Of a stretch of 64,000 nucleotides of DNA, positions 63,574 to 64,000 are shown in pieces. The position numbers and the translations under genes are program-made. The notes under the pieces were generated by a model, which made no database searches, was not told the DNA's origin, and saw nothing but the letters and a program-made list of their open reading frames with translations. Positions within the stretch are counted from its first letter, which is position 1. Every line of letters starts with the position of its first letter. The stretch spans positions 61,695 through 125,694 of the forward strand of contig JACKOF010000002.1 in the NCBI GenBank assembly GCA_024234435.1, read 5' to 3'. The DNA is from Pseudomonadales bacterium. GTDB lineage: Bacteria; Pseudomonadota; Gammaproteobacteria; Pseudomonadales; Porticoccaceae.

Positions 63574-64000
63574 TTATACATCCCGACGATTGTGGCCCTC
63601 GACCGTTACACGCCATTGCAAGTGATCCGGGCGCTTAAATTTTCGATAGGTTTTCCGCACCAGGCCTCCCAGAAATAATCGATCCACAGACATCAGAAAT
63701 TGTTTTAACTGGTAACGCTTGTAATACTTTTTCAGGCGCCCATAGACATCATCATGATGCGTTTCTTTTGCCACAGCCATCAGATCTTCCACGGTGCTTG
63801 CCAAACCTTCATCATAAGGTTTCAGCACTTCCAGCCCCCGCAACCCCTTTATTCTGGGCAGTGAAGCAGAATGGCCGCCAAGCATCTGAATGGCAAGCGC
63901 AGTCCTGACACATTTTGGGCAGGTTCCGCAGTTTTCGTGAATGCTGCGCCAGCAAACCTGCAGGTTATCGGCAACCTGTTGATTGCGAAGTATCTCCCTC
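63574..64000 (-). CDS. Hypothetical protein, N-terminus outside the window (partial). Contains a CGTCPKC cysteine motif.
   Basis: The minus-strand frame stays open upstream of the track Met (63885) to the window edge. Hand translation gives REILRNQQVADNLQVCWRSIHENCGTCPKCVRTALAIQM... Confidence 0.5.
   Translation of the reverse strand, partial: REILRNQQVADNLQVCWRSIHENCGTCPKCVRTALAIQMLGGHSASLPRIKGLRGLEVLKPYDEGLASTVEDLMAVAKETHHDDVYGRLKKYYKRYQLKQFLMSVDRLFLGGLVRKTYRKFKRPDHLQWRVTVEGHNRRDV

Overview
About 50% GC chromosomal window that reads like an environmental or marine gammaproteobacterium. I saw no rRNA, tRNA, CRISPR array, transposase or integrase. All calls are motif-level recognition on the translated ORFs and by-eye repeat and hairpin inspection; no database search was possible. 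The ORF track uses the longest ATG/GTG/TTG start, so many 5' ends were re-picked by hand.

Layout:
- (i) 1-9.0 kb, minus strand, signalling block. It holds a PAS-GAF-PAS-PAS HisKA_3 kinase that runs off the left edge and is absent from the track. It also holds an apparent operon of di-haem cytochrome c peroxidase, membrane histidine kinase, REC-HDOD regulator and REC regulator with a degenerate HD-GYP domain.
- (ii) 9.4-10.1 kb, a divergent pair of small HTH genes resembling a phage P2-type Cox/C immunity switch, with no other phage genes nearby.
- (iii) 10.3-26.7 kb, a complete MSHA-type type IV pilus locus in the order mshI, PilN-like gene, J, K, L, M, N, E, G, F, A, C, D, O, P, Q. It is mostly translationally coupled.
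- (iv) 26.7-32.2 kb, VanZ-like protein, LolA-like protein, outer-membrane barrel and an RND/MMPL-type exporter carrying an N-terminal PAS domain.
- (v) 32.2-64 kb, a PEP-CTERM/exosortase-type exopolysaccharide locus. It contains a PrsT-like TPR lipoprotein, a PEP-CTERM substrate with a sigma-54-like promoter, ThiF and nitroreductase-like genes, an N-acyl-synthase-like acyltransferase and a LMW tyrosine phosphatase. It also contains an O-antigen-ligase-like protein, a serine protease, a ten-gene carrier-protein pathway, Wzx, an AsnB-like amidotransferase and an MBOAT/DltD-like pair. No exosortase gene is visible in the window.

Most interesting observations:
- The functionally unassigned, tightly coupled carrier-protein pathway at 43.2-53.4 kb. 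It comprises an AMP-ligase, a PLP decarboxylase, two ACPs, FkbH, MaoC-SDR, an alpha/beta-hydrolase pair with non-canonical nucleophile elbows and a sulfotransferase-like protein. An MBOAT/DltD-like pair lies nearby, which suggests Dlt-like decoration of an exopolysaccharide.
- A 71-bp palindromic repeat family present in four copies. Three copies sit in frame in the 5' ends of the minor-pilin genes mshD and mshP.
- The orphan P2-like C/Cox switch directly upstream of the pilus operon.
- A PAS-RND fusion whose PAS half has no canonical start codon.
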